From Gemmatimonadales bacterium (GTDB taxonomy: Bacteria; Gemmatimonadota; Gemmatimonadetes; Gemmatimonadales; GWC2-71-9), in NCBI GenBank assembly GCA_036279355.1, contig DASUJH010000028.1, positions 133,353 through 197,352 of the forward strand: a stretch of DNA of 64,000 nt, read 5' to 3'. Position numbers and translations under genes: made by a program. Positions 63,659-64,000 of this stretch are shown here, in pieces. Numbering within the stretch: position 1 is the stretch's first letter; every line of letters starts with the position of its first letter. The notes beneath the pieces are model-generated. The model was not told the DNA's origin. It did not search any database and was given only the letters and a program-made list of their open reading frames with translations.

Positions 63659-64000
63659 ATGAAGACCAGCATCCTGGTGGGTGGTATCGCGCTCGCCCTG
63701 ACGCTCGCGGCCCAACCGGCTCGGGCGCAGATCGTCGAGGCGGGCGTCGTCATCCGCAGCGGGCCGGTCGCCGGACACGTCATCTACGGGCCGCCGGTGC
63801 GCCGAGTCGTGGTGGAGCGCTACGCGCCGCGGGTGATCGTGGTGGAGCGCGTGCACGTGCCGCACGGTCGGGCGAACGGCTGGTGGCGCAAGCACGGCTA
63901 CCGCGCCACGACGGTTTACTACTACGGCGACGACGGCCGCTACTACGATCGTGGCTTCGACGGCCGCACGCGCGTTCGCGCCGTTGTGGTGTACGAGCGC
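63659..64000 (+). CDS. exported hypothetical protein, 3' end outside the window
   Basis: ATG at 63659. MKTSILVGGIALALTLAAQPARAQ signal peptide, then open to the window end (114 codons) with a Tyr/Arg/Val-rich repeat-like sequence. Absent from the ORF track because no stop codon is reached. Confidence 0.5.
   Translation, partial: MKTSILVGGIALALTLAAQPARAQIVEAGVVIRSGPVAGHVIYGPPVRRVVVERYAPRVIVVERVHVPHGRANGWWRKHGYRATTVYYYGDDGRYYDRGFDGRTRVRAVVVYER

Noticed and set aside
63389-63895. 168-aa minus-strand ORF
   Set aside because: Antisense to two plus-strand genes with better support (a promoter-proximal small basic protein and a signal-peptide protein). Arg/His/Asp/Pro-rich shadow composition.
1-64000. 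tRNA, rRNA, transposase, integrase and toxin-antitoxin genes
   Set aside because: Scanning by eye found no tRNA T-arm/acceptor-like sequences, rRNA-like segments, DDE or tyrosine-recombinase motifs, or terminal inverted repeats. The absence should be confirmed with tRNAscan-SE, Infernal and ISfinder-type searches.

Overview
A 64 kb, very GC-rich (about 70% by eye) bacterial chromosomal window with tightly packed, mostly minus-strand genes. Many of these are translationally coupled through ATGA/GTGA overlaps. I recognised no rRNA, tRNA, CRISPR array, transposase or integrase.

Layout:
- 0-25 kb: envelope and housekeeping genes. These include a seven-gene ECF sigma / anti-sigma / CpxP-like / TolC / MacAB-type efflux operon, a PLD-type cardiolipin synthase, a cyclophilin, a cation antiporter, a dynamin-like GTPase, crcB-DUF190, an OmpA protein with TSP3 repeats, pfk and a prolyl oligopeptidase.
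- 25.4-34.3 kb: a lanthanide-type PQQ methanol dehydrogenase cluster. It holds two near-identical xoxF paralogs, xoxJ, xoxG, and exported pentapeptide, beta-propeller and JAMM-like proteins.
- 34.3-60.3 kb: an essentially complete tetrahydromethanopterin (H4MPT)/methanofuran formaldehyde-oxidation module (fae, mtdB, mch, fhcABCD). It is interleaved with cofactor-biosynthesis genes (mptG, mptN-like, DHPS-like, PTPS, CitG-like, HisA/F-like, mfnB, mfnE/F/D-like, pabAB, a pterin dehydratase and an SDR).
- 60.3-63.3 kb: a visibly lower-GC accessory patch. It carries a eukaryote-type PARG homolog with a degenerate catalytic signature, an NTF2-like gene and apparent gene debris.

The most interesting item missing from the ORF track is a 77-codon SelW/Rdx-family gene at 21478-21711. 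It has an in-frame TGA inside a CxxU motif, followed by a SECIS-like hairpin.

Most of the long arginine/alanine/proline-rich ORFs in the track are antisense or frame-shadow artefacts of the high GC content. The track also translates GTG/TTG starts as M. Several real genes are listed there fused to spurious upstream extensions, so I trimmed starts using signal peptides, stop/start overlaps and RBS-like motifs.

All family assignments come from motif recognition by eye. No searches were run.
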